Notes under the pieces: model-generated
Databases searched by the model: none
Told to the model about the DNA's origin: nothing
What the model saw: only the letters and a program-made list of their open reading frames with translations
Translations under genes and position numbers: made by a program
Shown here: in pieces, positions 43,360-57,313 of the stretch
Position numbering within the stretch: the first letter of the stretch is position 1
Layout: every line of letters begins with the position of its first letter
Assembly: GCA_964016885.1 (NCBI GenBank)
Contig: OZ024741.1
Coordinates: 321,966,001-322,030,000, forward strand
DNA: 64,000 nt
Direction: 5' to 3'
Source of the DNA: Eledone cirrhosa
Taxonomy: Eukaryota

Positions 43360-46127
43360 CCTGGATCTCTCTGAGAACGTTGTTGCTCTTCCCCTCCACT
43401 AGTCCTCTATAGAACGCCGAGGTGGATGTTCCACCGATACTGGTGCCCAGCTGGCAGAGGGCAGTGAGCGCCTGGAGACATTCCAGTTTCCAAGTACTAT
43501 CCCTCGGTCTTTTTCTGACCCAGGACTGCAGCTCCGTCAAGGAGACGAGCTGTGGGAAAACGTGCCTGGCGAACGGCAACCACACCTGTTCACCGTCAAG
43601 GAAGCACCAGAGATGTCGCAGCCTCAGCGCATGTTTGCGCATCATCAGCCATGGCATGCCCAGTCCTCCACGCAACGGGTGTTGACAGCAGATGGATCGC
43701 CTGACCATGGGAGCGCGTCCCTTCCACAAAAAGTGGAAGAGAAGGTGCTTCATTTTGGTGAGAGTTGGGCCGGAGCAAGGGTCGACGGTGAGGCGGTAGC
43801 AGATGACGGATGCGATGTACGCATTCCCCACCTCCGCCCAGCCTTTCAGGGACAGCTTCCTCTCGGCCCATTTCTGGGTGAGGGAGGCCACCTTGCTCGT
43901 CACCTCATTCCAGTTTTTCTCCATCTGGAGGTCCGGTCCGAACCAGACCCAAAGCAATTTAACCGGTCCGTCTGTCCAACATCCCACGACGCTGTCGGAT
44001 GGCATGGACTTGCCTCTCCAGGTGCCGAGCTGCAAGCCCACCGACTTTTCCTGGTTTATCTTTGCTCCTGTCACCGCTTCGTATTCCTTGAGAGCGGTGC
44101 CGAGCATCTGGACGTGTCTGGTGCTCGACACCACCACGGTGACGTCGTCGGTCTAAGCCGACTCGGATTTCCCGCATCCTAGTTCACGTGGGACGCCCCT
44201 CATCGCCCCCAGTTTGTGCAGTAACAGCTCGAGAGCCAATATGTACAAGAGGGACGAGAGGGGACAACTCTGGCGGACTGAGCGCATGATGCTGAACGGC
44301 TGCGACAGGTGACTGTTCACCCTCACAACTGAGCAGATGAAAACGGGCCCAAAACCGGCTGCCTCGAGGACCGCCACCAGGTACCGATGGTCGACCCTAT
44401 TGAATGCTTTGGATTGATCCATGCTGATCAGGGCCCCAGCCGTGCCAGGTTCCTTAACCACCCTGTCTATGATGTATCGCATGAGGCGGAGGTTGTTGTG
44501 TAAAAATCTGTCCAGAATAGCGCATGTCTGCGCCTCTTCAACCAGACCCTTCACGACAAGCGCCAACCTCGTTATGGGCCTGAAATTATCGATAACATCC
44601 CCCTTGTTCGGGGTTTTTATCAGTAGCGCCACCACTCCCCGGCTCACAAAACTGGGAATGCTCCCGTTCTGCTGCCAGTTGCAGTAGACGTCTGCCAAGA
44701 GGTCACCGAACAAGTCTGGCATAAATGCATAAAGCTCGTAAGGCAGACCATCCAAACCTGGCGATTTACCCCTCGTGCAGTTAGCCATCGCTTCCCGTAT
44801 TTCACCGGCTGTTATTGGCTTTTCGCAACACTGTGCTGCGGACGTTGAGGGCCGAGGCAGTCCGTCGAGGTATGCACTGAAGTCCATGCCCCGATCCGGG
44901 CCGCCGCTGCTCCCGAACAGTTCAGCAAAGTGCTGCTGAAAAGCTTCACACATCTGCTCGAGTTCAAGCAACACGCGCCCGTTTTGGTCAGACAAAGACC
45001 GAATTGTGGCTTTGTTGCCATGTCATGCCTCTGCCACCCGGGCCCATTGGACGGCTTTTGTCCCCTCGTGTTTCAGAGCACGCGCTCTAGCTCTGACAAC
45101 GCAGCCTTCGTGTTTTGTGTTGAAGAATTGGTTGAGTGCTAATCTCGCCGCAAGCACGTCGGTTGCGATGCCTGTTCTAAATGCCTCTTCTAGCTTTCTG
45201 ACTAGCTCTCCCTCTACTCTATTTTCTTCTATCACTAGTCCTTTGCTAAACCTAATCGACTCTACTTTAATTGTCTTTTTCAGGGCAAACCACCACCTGT
45301 TGTTGACGACCGCTCCCGTCAACGCCCGCTTAACTAATACGCTAATCCGGTCTCTGTAGGCTTTGCGTGCCGGGAAAGACGCGTTCAGCTTCCAGTAACT
45401 GGGCTCTTGTCTATGAAGTCTGTCTATGTCGATCTCACAGATCACAAATTTGTGGTCTGTGGAGTTGACTATTTTAAATTGTGGACAACTTATACTAGAC
45501 TTATCTAGTTCTCTGCAGAATACCCTATCGAGATATGATCTGGATGACCCGGTGCGGTTTGTCCATGTCCACATTGGCACAGTCGGGTGATCCAGTCGAT
45601 ACCTGTCAGACAGTTCAATATGTCTGAGCAGGTTGGTGAGGCTCTTGCATCCTCCTCCCCTATCCACTAGCCCCACACAATCCCAGCGTGCATCCAAGAT
45701 ACCGTTCCAGTCGCCCACTAACACTAAAGAGCGGGACGTTCCAAGAAAGGTCTCTAGACGTCTGAAGAAATCTGGCCGTCCTGCCCCTGTTGGGGCATAG
45801 ACGGCTACTAGCCTTAAAGCATTGCCTTCGCTGCCGGTCACGTCTAGCACCACCGACTTACCTTCTGGGTCTAGGAAGATGGCCCGTACGGCGAGATCCA
45901 AGCCTCTCCGAAAAAGGACAGCAACCCCCCCCCCCCCGATCTTGGACGGCTGGGAGATATGTATACATTGTAGCCGCCGGTGTGAAGGTTTGTGCTTTGG
46001 AGATTCTGGTCTCACTGATGGCCACCACATCTATGTTTAGTGACCTGAGGTCGTTGAGCAGGTGACCCTGCTTCCAAGATGACCCCAGGCCATGTGCATT
46101 TATACTGCCTATTCTGAGTACGGCCAT
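43360..46127 (-). pseudogene. Tx1/L1-clade LINE ORF2 (APE endonuclease plus reverse transcriptase), frameshifted and 3'-truncated
   Basis: Endonuclease motifs: MAVLRIGSINAHGL, ISET, AVYAP, LVGDWN, SYLDRVF, TDHK, YWKLN. RT motifs: KSPGLDGLPYELY, NFRPIT, DQSKAFNRVDH, SVRQSCPLS. The Y codon of YADD is mutated to a stop near 44153. Confidence 0.93.
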
Positions 46128-46159
46128 GTTGGATGAGAAACGGGCCAAGTGAGAAAGGG

Positions 46160-48183
46160 TCACTTACCTTGATCGTGTGGTGAAGGGACAGTAGAACCGA
46201 CCCTTTGGCTGGTCATGGGTGTTTCCAAGAGGATGTCAGTGTATATCCTATTGGTAACCGACCCTCTGAAGTCTCCAACTGCGTTGGGGAAATTTTGTTT
46301 TAAAGGTTTGTACTGTTCTATTGAGATTTCAATGATGCTTATGTTTGTTGGGAGAGTTCTTGGTGTTGGTGGGGTGTAGTAGTTTTTTTCTGTGATATCT
46401 GTGTGCTGCTTTATATATTGTATGAGTTCTTTTTTTGCCATATTTATGGCTGTGTACTTTTTGGGGGGAGGGGTAATTTTGTTGCTGTTTTCTTCTTGTT
46501 GCTGTTTGGTGTGTGTGTTTTGTTTTGTTTGCGTTGTTGGTGTTTTTGGTGATGCTGGTGGTGGTGTGGTAGTTGTTGGCGGTGGTGCTTGTGGTGGTGA
46601 TGGTGGTGGTGTTGCTGCAAGTTTCCTTGCTGCCTTTACTCCTCTTTGTGTACCTTCGCTTTTGGAGGGTGAATCTAAGGGCTTTTTTGTTTTTTGTTTT
46701 TTGTGGCAGACCGTTTGCCACTTCACTCCCGCCTCAAACTCCATGTCAGATTCCGTGGTGTCTGGGAGGGGTATATGCTCCACGGCTGTTGGTGGTGGTA
46801 GTGGAGCCCTCTTCGGCAATTTTGTTGCTGGTGTAGCTACTTCAAATGTAGCTATTGGTGTTGCCGCCACTGATGCTGCTGCTGTCGTTGTACATGGCCT
46901 TGGTATGGGTGCCACGGACGTTGCCCTCCTACTCACCGTGGAAGGGGCTTCTGCGTTTGTTGCCTGCCCTGCTCTTGGTAGCAGCGGACCAGGTATTGGA
47001 AGGAGAGGGGCCTTCTTCTTCGCTGTCTTCTGCGGGCAAAAGGTCCTGAGGTGACCCTTCGACCCACAGAGATAACATTTTGGTCATCTTCCTTCTACGC
47101 TTATAGGGAGTTGGAGTCCTTCCTCGATGTCTATGATATCGGGGATAGCGCCGATACATTCCTGGTCGGTTTGTATAAGCATTTGCATGCCTATACCTGA
47201 CCAGTTCTCTCTCCCTATTTTTTCTACTTGCAGCATGGTCGTCCTGTCCTCGATTCCAGCAAGGACAGACGCAGCCAGCCAAGGTATGGGCACGTCGGGT
47301 GGGACCTGGGTCACTTTGACCCTCACAATTTTCTGCCCGCAGTAGGAGGGCACCAAGACTATCTCCTCACTCTTGAGGGTTTCCAAAGAGTGAGACTTTG
47401 CTTCCTGGGAGGTGGCGAAAAGTACGTCTACTGTGGCGTACTTTCTGCCTCGGGTGATGTGGGTTTTGCGTGCCCAGACGCACCCCAAGGCCTTTTGGAT
47501 TTGAGCCTCCGTGGCTCTCTCCACCCGATGTGAGATTTTGCTTACGGTGCGGTAAGTCACCGTCCGTAGCTGCTGGTCCTTGAAAAAAAATTGGGTGGAG
47601 GTTTCAGGGAGACTCTATTGGCGCTTCTTGTCACCATGGCCCTTGCAACTGCCATCTCCTCCTCTGTGACTAACACTGTCTTGATATTTCAGGCGACACC
47701 TGTAAAAGAAGTGGTCCCTTTTTCAGCAGCACCACTATTGCTGCCGCTACTGGTCTTACTGGTGGTGCTGAGATCGCTGTTACAGGTATCGCTGTCATTG
47801 TTGATGTTTTCGTTGGTACAGTTGTTGGTGGTGTTGTTGTTGTTTTCGTTGATACTGTTGCTGTTGTTACTGTTGTTATTATTGTTGTTTTTGTTGATAC
47901 TGTTCCTACTATTATTGTTGTTGTGGCTGTTATTGTCATTGTTATTGTCGTTCTCGACCTTACCGCTGTTATTTTTGTTGTTGCTGTTGTTATTGATGGT
48001 GTTGTTGTTGGTGTTGTTTGTGTTAGAAATATTTGGTAGTTTTAAATCTGTAACAATCCTCTTTTCCTTTGTAATATTTTCATTTATATTTACCTCCGCT
48101 GGAACGCTGTCTTGTTGACATGCTGATAAAGTCCCCCTCTCTCTGTGTTGTCTGACAGCGCGCTCTCTCTTTGTGTTATCCAT
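46160..48183 (-). pseudogene. Tx1/L1-clade LINE ORF1 (gag-like, CCHC zinc knuckle, Asn-rich N-terminus)
   Basis: ATG at 48183. In-frame TGA at 47689 and 47084; frameshift in the A8 run at 47583-47590. CYLCGSKGHLRTFC knuckle at about 47036-47077. Ends just upstream of the ORF2 ATG. Confidence 0.85.
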
Positions 48184-49644
48184 GTTGAAATTTAAAAAAA
48201 AAAATTTTTTTTACACAAATACGACACCCCGTAAAGGGGTGCCGTATTATTTATGAGTGAACCCCTTAAATCGACTCCAGTGCATTACTGGTACTTAATT
48301 TATCGACCCCGTAAGGGTGAAAAGCAAAGCTAACCTCGGCAGGATTTTTAACTAGACCGTAAAGGGACGTAACTCTATGCTGCAAAACATGGCGTCTGAC
48401 CCTCCACTGATAACTGTCAATCCACCACCACTACTACTAATAATAATTGTTTCTATTTTTAGGCACAAGGCCAGCAATTACCCAGTACATTACTGGTACT
48501 TTATTTTATCGACCCCGTAAGGATGAACAGGCAAAGTTAACCTCGGCGGGATTTGAACTCAGATCATAAAGGGACGTAACTCTATGCTTCAAAGCATGGT
48601 GTCCGACTCTCTACCGATACTGCAATGATTTCTTATATTGACCACAAAGACCTAAGACATTGTGGACAATATAAAGACAAAATGTAACATAGAGAGGGAT
48701 TTACGTTGAATGGGGTTTATACTGAAGAGAAAGCAGTAGGTATAACAATAATGGAAATTAAAAAAATATTCATGATACCCCAATAGGAGAGGGGTGGTGG
48801 TGCATTTTATGGCAATTCCAAGGTGAGACCCACACAAAATCCCAGTTTACTCTTTCACCTGCCAGGTATTGCAAGTTTCTTCTCTCCAGGTTTCCTTCTG
48901 CTTATAAAAGCATATCAGAGTAGGCTCATTGAGCCTCATCAATCTTGTCGCTCTCACCCATCTGTCATCTCATTTCTTTATATTAATATATTAATATATT
49001 TTCTTTAGAATTGTTTCTACTTTTGGCACAAGGCCAGCAATTATCCCAGTGCATTACTGGTACTTTATTTTATCAACCTCGTCAGGATGAAAGGCAAAGC
49101 TAACCTTGGTGGGATTTAAACTCACAACGCAAAGGGCCATAACTCTGCTGCAAAGCATTGTGTCTGATGCTTTACCAATCCACATCCCTATTTTTGTTTA
49201 TAATAAGTGTTGGGAAGCTACACGTCAAGAAATGGAAACAAAACCGAAAGAAGAGGAAAAACACAAACAACCACAACAACAACAACAATAATAATAATAA
49301 TATCACTACTTCTATTACTGATGATGATATTGATGATGAAGATGATGATAATAGTAATGATGATGAAGACGATGATCATAATAAATTTTGGCAGGAACAC
49401 AAAGCAAACTTGACTCTCGCCAAGTTAAAGCATCAGATCTTAATTGTTTGGCCATTTCTCGTAAAAAAAAAAAAAAAAATTTATATATATAATACTAAAT
49501 AGCAAAATCTAAGTAGGTCTGTTGGATGCTGATTTAACTTTGTGTATCCAGTTAAAGTCACCTTGTGGAAGGGAGAATAATAGTTTTGTCAATTGAAACT
49601 AATAATTACAAACCTGCAGAACTTGGTTTCAAATTACTTCTCCT

Positions 49645-49960
49645 GCCATCATTATGGTTTAATGTCCATTTTCCATGCTAGCAAAGGTAGGACGGACTGT
49701 CCCTTTGTGAGAAATCAGGTCAAAAACCATATTTCGTTCACACAGAACTGATTTTAGCTTGGTTTCTACAGTTGGATGCTCTTCCTAACGCCAACCACAT
49801 TAACAGTGTGTGCTGGGTACTTTTTGTCGTGCCACCTACACAACCACTTTACAGTGTGGGCTGGGTGCTTTTTGTTGTGATACCTACATGACCACTTCAC
49901 AATGTAGGCTGAGTGCTTTTTGTTGTGATACCTACACAACCACTTTACAGTGTGGGGTTC
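49645..49960 (-). mobile_element. SINE 3' half with an internal ~41-bp tandem repeat; similar pieces at about 35655-35830, 35950-36230, 39400-39735, 53975-54320, 58395-58650
   Basis: Repeated CCACTTTACAGTGTGGGCTGGGTGCTTTTTGT subunit and a TTCTACAG.TGGATGC.CTTCCTAAC block. Confidence 0.75.
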
Positions 49961-50590
49961 ATTGTTCCTACTAGCATACATTGGATGGGTTGTCACAGAC
50001 CAAGTCAACACTCAATCAAAGCTACTGTCATCCCAGTTGGGCTGGGGTGGGAGGTGAGGGCATATCTCACTTCTGTACATTCCTATATGTTACAGTGTAC
50101 TGGGAGTACTTTATCATGACACCAGTAACCAGTACTTGATACAACTGAAGAGTCCTCTCAACTCTATGCTGGGCAGGCTTCCTATTGCTGGAAGCCCTTC
50201 GTAATATCAGCCACTTCAGAGAATGTACTGGATACAATGTAGTAAAAGAAAAAATCCCCAACACAAATTGGTAGACTTGTTAGAATGTCAGATAAAATGC
50301 TTTGCAATTTTCATTCAAATCCTGTTGAGGATCAACTTTGCCTTTCATTCTTCCAAGGTCAATAAAAAAAGTACCAGTCCAGTACTGGGGTTAATTCTTC
50401 ATCTATGTCACATCCTTGCTAGCACTCTCTTTCCTTACTCAGGAAGAAATTAGGTGTTTTCAGATCTGGAGAGGATATGAGCTCTGCCAGGTTTAAACAA
50501 AATGATCAAGAAATGCTATTTGTTACTACAGCACACCTATGACTATCAAGAGTCATGGGTCTATACATATACACACACACACACATAGAT

Positions 50591-50641
<51 letters not shown>

Positions 50642-50733
50642 GTTTTCCCGGGTTCAAGGTTCAATCGGAGGTAACCACAGTAAATAAGGTGCTCAATACA
50701 GTGCTCAATAAATGTTTAATATAGAAAAGCTTT

Positions 50734-50764
<31 letters not shown>

Positions 50765-52112
50765 AATATATATATATAAATATTTATATAATATAATATA
50801 TATTTACACACACACACACACACAATTAGCTTTACATATTTTACACCAATCAATTTAACTTGTAAGGCTATTGTGTGAACTCTAGGCTAGTGTAGAAGAC
50901 TCTTATCCAAGATGTAATGCTGAGGGATAAAACTCAAAACCACAAAGTTACGAAATGAGCTTTTCTTAAACACTTGAGTTTAGAGAGTTGAAACAAAGGT
51001 AGATGTATTTGATCTGACGTTTTAATGACTGCCAATAGACCACCTTAAAAAAAAGCATAAACATTAACTCCTTTGTGACCATATTTCTAATGAAATATAT
51101 TGAATTTCAATTAAATACTGAAGAATTTTGAGTGAATTACTAAATTTATCAATTATTTCATTACTCAGATAGTAACATAATATATGGTTATTCTCAAAAA
51201 TAATGTTGGAAGATATTAATTTAAATAAGAACCCTTTAAAATGGGTGGTTTGTTCCATAGAACAAGAATCCATTTTGGTTGGGTTGATATAAAAATGGTT
51301 TAAGACTAGTTCACATTTTTTACATCTATATTTCCCTGACTCTCCATCTGGTCAGGTGTAACAAAATCTCAATTATAACATATATTTTATTTTCATTTTA
51401 TGTGTCTTGGAAACTAATTACACAGAGGAATTATATTTAACACCTCATTACGTTATTATTAACTGAAGACAATTAAAATTACATTAAAATGTTATCATTA
51501 AATTGGCAGACAGAAATTTAAATAAACAACAGCCAAGACTGTACATAGCCATTGGTGATGAGCTGTTGAAATATGATACACTACAGAATAGTGCTGTTGG
51601 TGGTGGGGGACATTGCTAAAGAGGATCGAGAGAGAATATATAGATAGTCTAGACTTGGGGTACACAAACTTTGCTTACAAATTTTATTAACTGTTTTTAT
51701 TAATCTCTTTTTATTCAACTGCTAGGTTACAGAACATACACAAACATAGATGGACACACACATATTAGTTAGGGTGTTACTAATTGAAATTAGCAATACC
51801 ATTATTTAACTTAGTGCTACATACTTTAAGGAAAGTAGAGTGTAGATTCTATTACAAGCCATATAAGACCAACAGTCAAGCTTAAACTATTTCAATTCAA
51901 AAATGTTACTATTGAAATGGGTTAATCTATGTTTAGAACTGTTAAGCGATAGGAAGGTTTGAATTTTAATGCTTCAATGTTTTTGATTATGAAAAATAAG
52001 TTGGACATATATGCCCCAGGAATGCTTTTTTATCATGACACCTACATTACCACTTTATAGTGTGGACTAGGCGCTTTTTGTCATGACACCTACATGACCA
52101 CTTTACACTGTG

Positions 52113-52165
<53 letters not shown>

Positions 52166-52489
52166 ATGTTTATACATAATAAACATACAAGAGTCTTGCT
52201 ATGAATATTTAGCGGTAAGAATGCCAGATAGTTATTTCTGGATTTTATCCATTATCAGTGACATTTGCTCACTCACTACTGAGATAAAATAGGCTAAAAC
52301 CTATGAAACATCGAATGGTGATGCTCATTTGCATATACTGTGACAGCTCTGACATGAACACAACTTTAAAGAAAATTCATACAGAGACTTTCATATGTTT
52401 ATTATACATAAACGTATCATATATGCTTTCATATATACTCCTATGATGAACCTCACTATGTTAATCCCACTTCTTATATATATATCAAT

Positions 52490-52832
52490 GGAGGCACATG
52501 GCTTAGTGGTTAGAGCATCGGCCTTGCAATCGAAAGGTTGTGAGTTCAATTCTCCGACCGGGTGATGTGTTGTTTCCTTGAGCAAGACACTTTATTTCAC
52601 ATTGCTCCAGTTTACTCAGCTGTAGAAATGAGATGATAGGGACTGGGGTCCATATCATTCCACTGCAAAGTGGTCGTGCAGGTGCCACAGCAAAAAAGCA
52701 CCCAGCACTCACTGTAAATGAGGTTGGTGTTAGGAAGGGCATCCATCTGTAGAAATCAAGCCAGAATCAGTTCCCGTCCCACCCTTGCAAGCAGGGAAAA
52801 AGCGGACGTAAAATGAAATGATGATGATGATG
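52490..52832 (+). mobile_element. Full-length tRNA-derived SINE (CORE-like middle, RTE-type (ATG)n tail)
   Basis: A box TGGCTTAGTGG, B box GAGTTCAATTC, TCCTTGAGCAAGACACTTTA, TTAGGAAGGGCATCC, and tail GCGGACGTAAAATG(ATG)n. Confidence 0.9.
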
Positions 52833-53170
52833 TATATGTATATCATCATCATTCTTACGTCTGCTTTTCAATGCTTGCATGGGTTGGATGGGTCCTTCGC
52901 AGCACAGCATCTCTCCACACATCGCGATCCTTTGTCATCTCCTCTGTGAGTCTCAGTGATTTGAAGTCAATTCTCACAACCTCTGCCCAGGTCTTTCTTG
53001 CTCTACCGCAGCTTCCTTCCACTGACATATGTATATATTATATTGATGAAGCTAACGGAAGAGATGACAAAGGATCGCGACAAGTGGAGAGATGCTGTAC
53101 TGAAAGAGACCTGTCCAAACCATGCAAGCATGGAAAAGCGGATGTAAGATGAATATGATGAAGAGCACGA

Positions 53171-53216
<46 letters not shown>

Positions 53217-53464
53217 TTGAGTGTGTATGGGTATACATAGATAACATTGTCATACATATTACATTACAAAATCTACTGTTTACAATAACAGAATTCTTGA
53301 TAGAAAACCTATTGTTGGTCATTGATAAGGAAAGACAGAACAACCACAGCAAGGAAGGCAACAAACAGTGAGGAAATATTTGATCACAGACAAACAAGAA
53401 AATATTGGAATTGGTCAGGCAATCATGGACCTAATATTCCTGACAGCAGGTGTCTTTAAGTATA

Positions 53465-53950
53465 ATCCTCCACCTCCTTCTCTTCATCATCACCACCACT
53501 ACCACCATTGTCACCATCACCATCATCACTATTACCATCACAACCACTACAACTACCACCACCACCACCATGCCATTTGTCATCATCATCACCACCACTA
53601 TCATCATTGTTATCTTCACTACCTTAACCACCATCACCACCATCATCATTATCACTATTACCATCACAACCATTACCACCACCACCACCACCACCACCAT
53701 TGCCATCATCACTATTACCATCACTCCCATCCCCCCACCACCACCACTATCACTATCATTAACATCACAAACATCACAATCATCATTATCCCCACCCAAT
53801 TATCAACATCATCCCCACCATTACCTTCATCATCATCACTACCACAATCATCACCACTATCACCAACTGCATTAGCATCATCACCATCATCGTCACTCCC
53901 AACTTCATCACTACCAGACTCATCAGCTTAACCATCATCATTATCATCAC
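53465..53950. repeat. (CAC/CAT)n tract
   Basis: Directly visible. Confidence 0.9.
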
Positions 53951-54601
53951 AGTGTACTGAGTCCATTTTGTGGCATAACCATTACAACTTTACAGAGTGT
54001 ACTGGGTGCATCTTATCATGGTACCAGTAGTACTACTTTACAGTGTGTAATGTGTATTTTATTGTGACACTAGCATTACCCCTTTACAAAGTGTACTGGG
54101 TGCATCTTATCATGGTACCAGTAGTACTACTTTACAGTGTGTAATGGGTCTATTCTATTGTGACACTAGCATTACCACTTTACAGAGTGTACTGGGTGCA
54201 TCTTATCATGGTATCAGTAGTACTACTTTACAGTGTGTAATGGGTCTATTTTATTGTGACACTAGCATTACCACTTTACAGAGTGTACTGGGTGCATTCT
54301 ATCGTGGTAGCAGCACTTAGAGGTTGTCATATTTAAATTAAAATCTTCCAACATGTTAAGTTAGTAATTTAATAATGAAATGATTGATAATTTTAGTAAA
54401 TCTGCCAAACTTCATTAATGAACCAAAATGGAGTGAGTAAGGAAATAAAATATAGAGTCTAGACATATAAAACATAAACAACAGATATAGTAGTTATGAG
54501 AGTGATTGTTTCACATAAGTTTTCTTATGTGAAACAAGGTTTGTATGAAGTTCAGAGCTAATCCTGATTTCATTGATGTTAAACAATGAGAGTATAAGAC
54601 C

Positions 54602-54867
54602 CAGAGACGTAACTAGGGTATGACAAGCATGGCTTGTGCCATGGGCGACACTTGAAGCGGTGCACTTACTATTCAAGTCAGATAAGCTATAGTCGGAGAG
54701 TGAGATGTATGATCTGTCTTTGATTATCATGGGTGAGAAGCACTATCGTGGCTAGATCACTAAACTATTTATATGAATTATTAGGTCTATAGTTAAAAAT
54801 ACAGTGCTGGGCCGGGGTGCAATTTGACTGCTTGCCACAGACGCTATTTTCCTTAGTTACACCACTG
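54602..54867. mobile_element. hAT-type MITE
   Basis: Imperfect TIRs CAGAGACGTAACTAGGG / CCTTAGTTACACCACTG. Exact 8-bp TSD ATAAGACC at 54594-54601 and 54868-54875. Confidence 0.88.
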
Positions 54868-57260
54868 ATAAGACCACCCTCTCCCCAGTATTAGATATCA
54901 GTCAGTTGTAGATCTAAACCCCAATCTCAGCTGATACTCAAGTTAACTCAAGAGAAAATGTGTAACATGAAATAAAGTGCCTTGCTAAATAATACAACAC
55001 ATCATTTTGTCTAGGAATCAAACCTACAACATTATGATTGTGAGCTGAATACCCTAACATTGAGGTCATGCACCTACATTCCTTGTGTATGGGAAATAAT
55101 TGAAAGAAACAGCAAACTGGTTTATTGATACTTCAAAGAAAGGTTATTGGTTGGTTTCTTGAAATATTTCAGTTCCATAGGGAAGAACTGGTAAAAAGTA
55201 AAATAAAAAGCTTCAAAGAAAAATTGGTTGTTTTCTTTTTTTTTCTTTTGAAAGAAATATTTCACTTCTATAAATCTAAAATTTCAAAATAGCAAGAGAA
55301 AAAAAAAGGATGTAGATTTTGCTGATTTAAGAAAAAAATTGTTCATTTTTTTTTTTGTTTTTACTTTTAATTAGGTGATAAATTTAAAAAAAACAACCAC
55401 AGACAAAAAATAAAATGCAACAAAAATGTAAATTAAATTTCCATCCCGACCTGACATTAATTCAAATTAATCCTTTAGTTACCATATTTCTAACAAAAGA
55501 CACTGCTTATAGTTCTCAAATAATATATATATATATATACTTAAATAACATTACAAATTGCTCACGACTCTTTCAGAATAACGTAACAAATATAATGTCG
55601 TTGATAAACACAAATATAAACGCATGTAACAAATACAATTAACCATTGCTAGGAAACTCACAAAAACAGCACACCAAAATATATGACCAAAGTAAAAGAA
55701 AAAAAGAGGAAGAAAAAAAACGAAATTTTTTTATAATAATAAAGAATTTTAAAGGATTTAGTAATATAACTAACTTTTGCATTATTAACTCATTAGTTAC
55801 CATATTTCTAACAAAAGACTGTCTATGATTTTTAGATAATTTAGAAAATAATCAAGAATTTGAAAGGATATAGTAAAACAACTTTCTCATTATTTACTCT
55901 TTCATTCCAATATATCTAGTGAAAGACGTGATTTTCAAATAATTTGCCTGTGATTTTCAAATAATTTAGAAAATAATCAAGGATGTGGAGGAATTTAGTA
56001 AAATTACAAACAGTCTAATTAATAAACTAGTGTTTAGAAAATAAAGGTTCTTAGGTAAAGTTATAATGCTTTCTGATTTAGGCACAAGGCCAACAATTTG
56101 GGGCAAGGTGAAAGTTGATTATATCGACCCCAGTGCATTACTGGTACTTTATTTTATCAACCCCATAAGGATGAAAGACAAAGATAACCTTGGAAGGATT
56201 TAAACCCAGAACGCAAAGGGCCATAACTCTATGTTGCAAAGCATGGTGTATGATGCTCTACCGATACTGCCAATCCACCACCCTTATGTAAAATTACAAT
56301 GCAAGATACTTAGATGCATGCATGATCCCATAACTCCTGAGGGAATCATAGGGGCAGCATATTGACATATGGTGTTTTTAGGGTATTTTCAAACCTGGCA
56401 GAGCCCAACCCTCACCAGGTTTGAATACAGCAGATTTCTTCCAGAGAATGATAGAGAGTGAGAGAATGGAAGTAAGAAAGAGATATAGTGGAAGAATCGA
56501 CCCCAGTACTTGACTGGTACTTTTTTATTGACCTCAAATGGATGAAAAGAAAAGTTGACCTCGACAGGATTTGAACTCAGAGAGCAGAGAACTGAAACAA
56601 ATGACGCAAAGCATTCTATTTGACATTCTAATGACTGCCAATTTGGTGCCTTATTTAGATAAATATAAACACTTTAAAACAGTTTTGTAATCGAGGGCAG
56701 TTTCAGGTGGTATCAAAAAGGTTACAAACATACCTGCAACTTAAAATCAAAACCAAAATTGCTCTGTCACAAACACACATAGATATACAAAGACATACAC
56801 ATACAAACGTACACAGAAACATATACACACATACAGACACACACATATAGGTACATAGACATACACTGACATACAGACATATACACACATACATATAGAT
56901 TCACACACATGCACACATACACACGCAAACACAGAGATGTACATATAACCAGAAATACATACTGCCACACATATAGACAAGCAACCACACACCTACTCAC
57001 ACACATACCGTCCCCACCACTCATACTCTGACCCACTCCACTCCACTCCACACCACAATCACACAGTATGGCCCAGACGAGGTCATTATATGATACATAC
57101 ATTTATACATACATATATATACTATCATCATCAGCATTTAATGTCAGTTTTTCTTGCTAGCTATGGCTGGACAGGTCACCAAGTCAGTACTTATATGTGC
57201 ATTGCACATATACATATGCCATCATATTTGCATCCATTTTTCTATGGTTGCATGGGTTTC

Positions 57261-57313
<53 letters not shown>

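Noticed and set aside
41267-43480. The plus-strand Tx1 3' fragment as the inverted missing end of the minus-strand LINE
   Set aside because: The two overlap in ORF2 and differ in the overlap (STFYRGLVEDKCDDVLGE versus SAFYRGLVEGKSNNVLRE), so they are independent copies.
52273-52321. HHR-like layout TCACTA-CTGAGATA...ATAGG/CCTAT-GAAAC...TGGTGA
   Set aside because: The core does not match CUGANGA and there is no valid NUH triplet. Too degenerate to call.
52490-52565. tRNA gene
   Set aside because: A and B boxes are present, but the sequence continues into a SINE body found many times in the window. It is a SINE head.
42705-53931. His-rich ORFs at 42705-43067 and 53368-53931, and a Leu-rich ORF at 47591-48118
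   Set aside because: The His-rich ORFs are (CAC/CAT)n tracts. The Leu-rich ORF is the antisense of the Asn-rich LINE ORF1.
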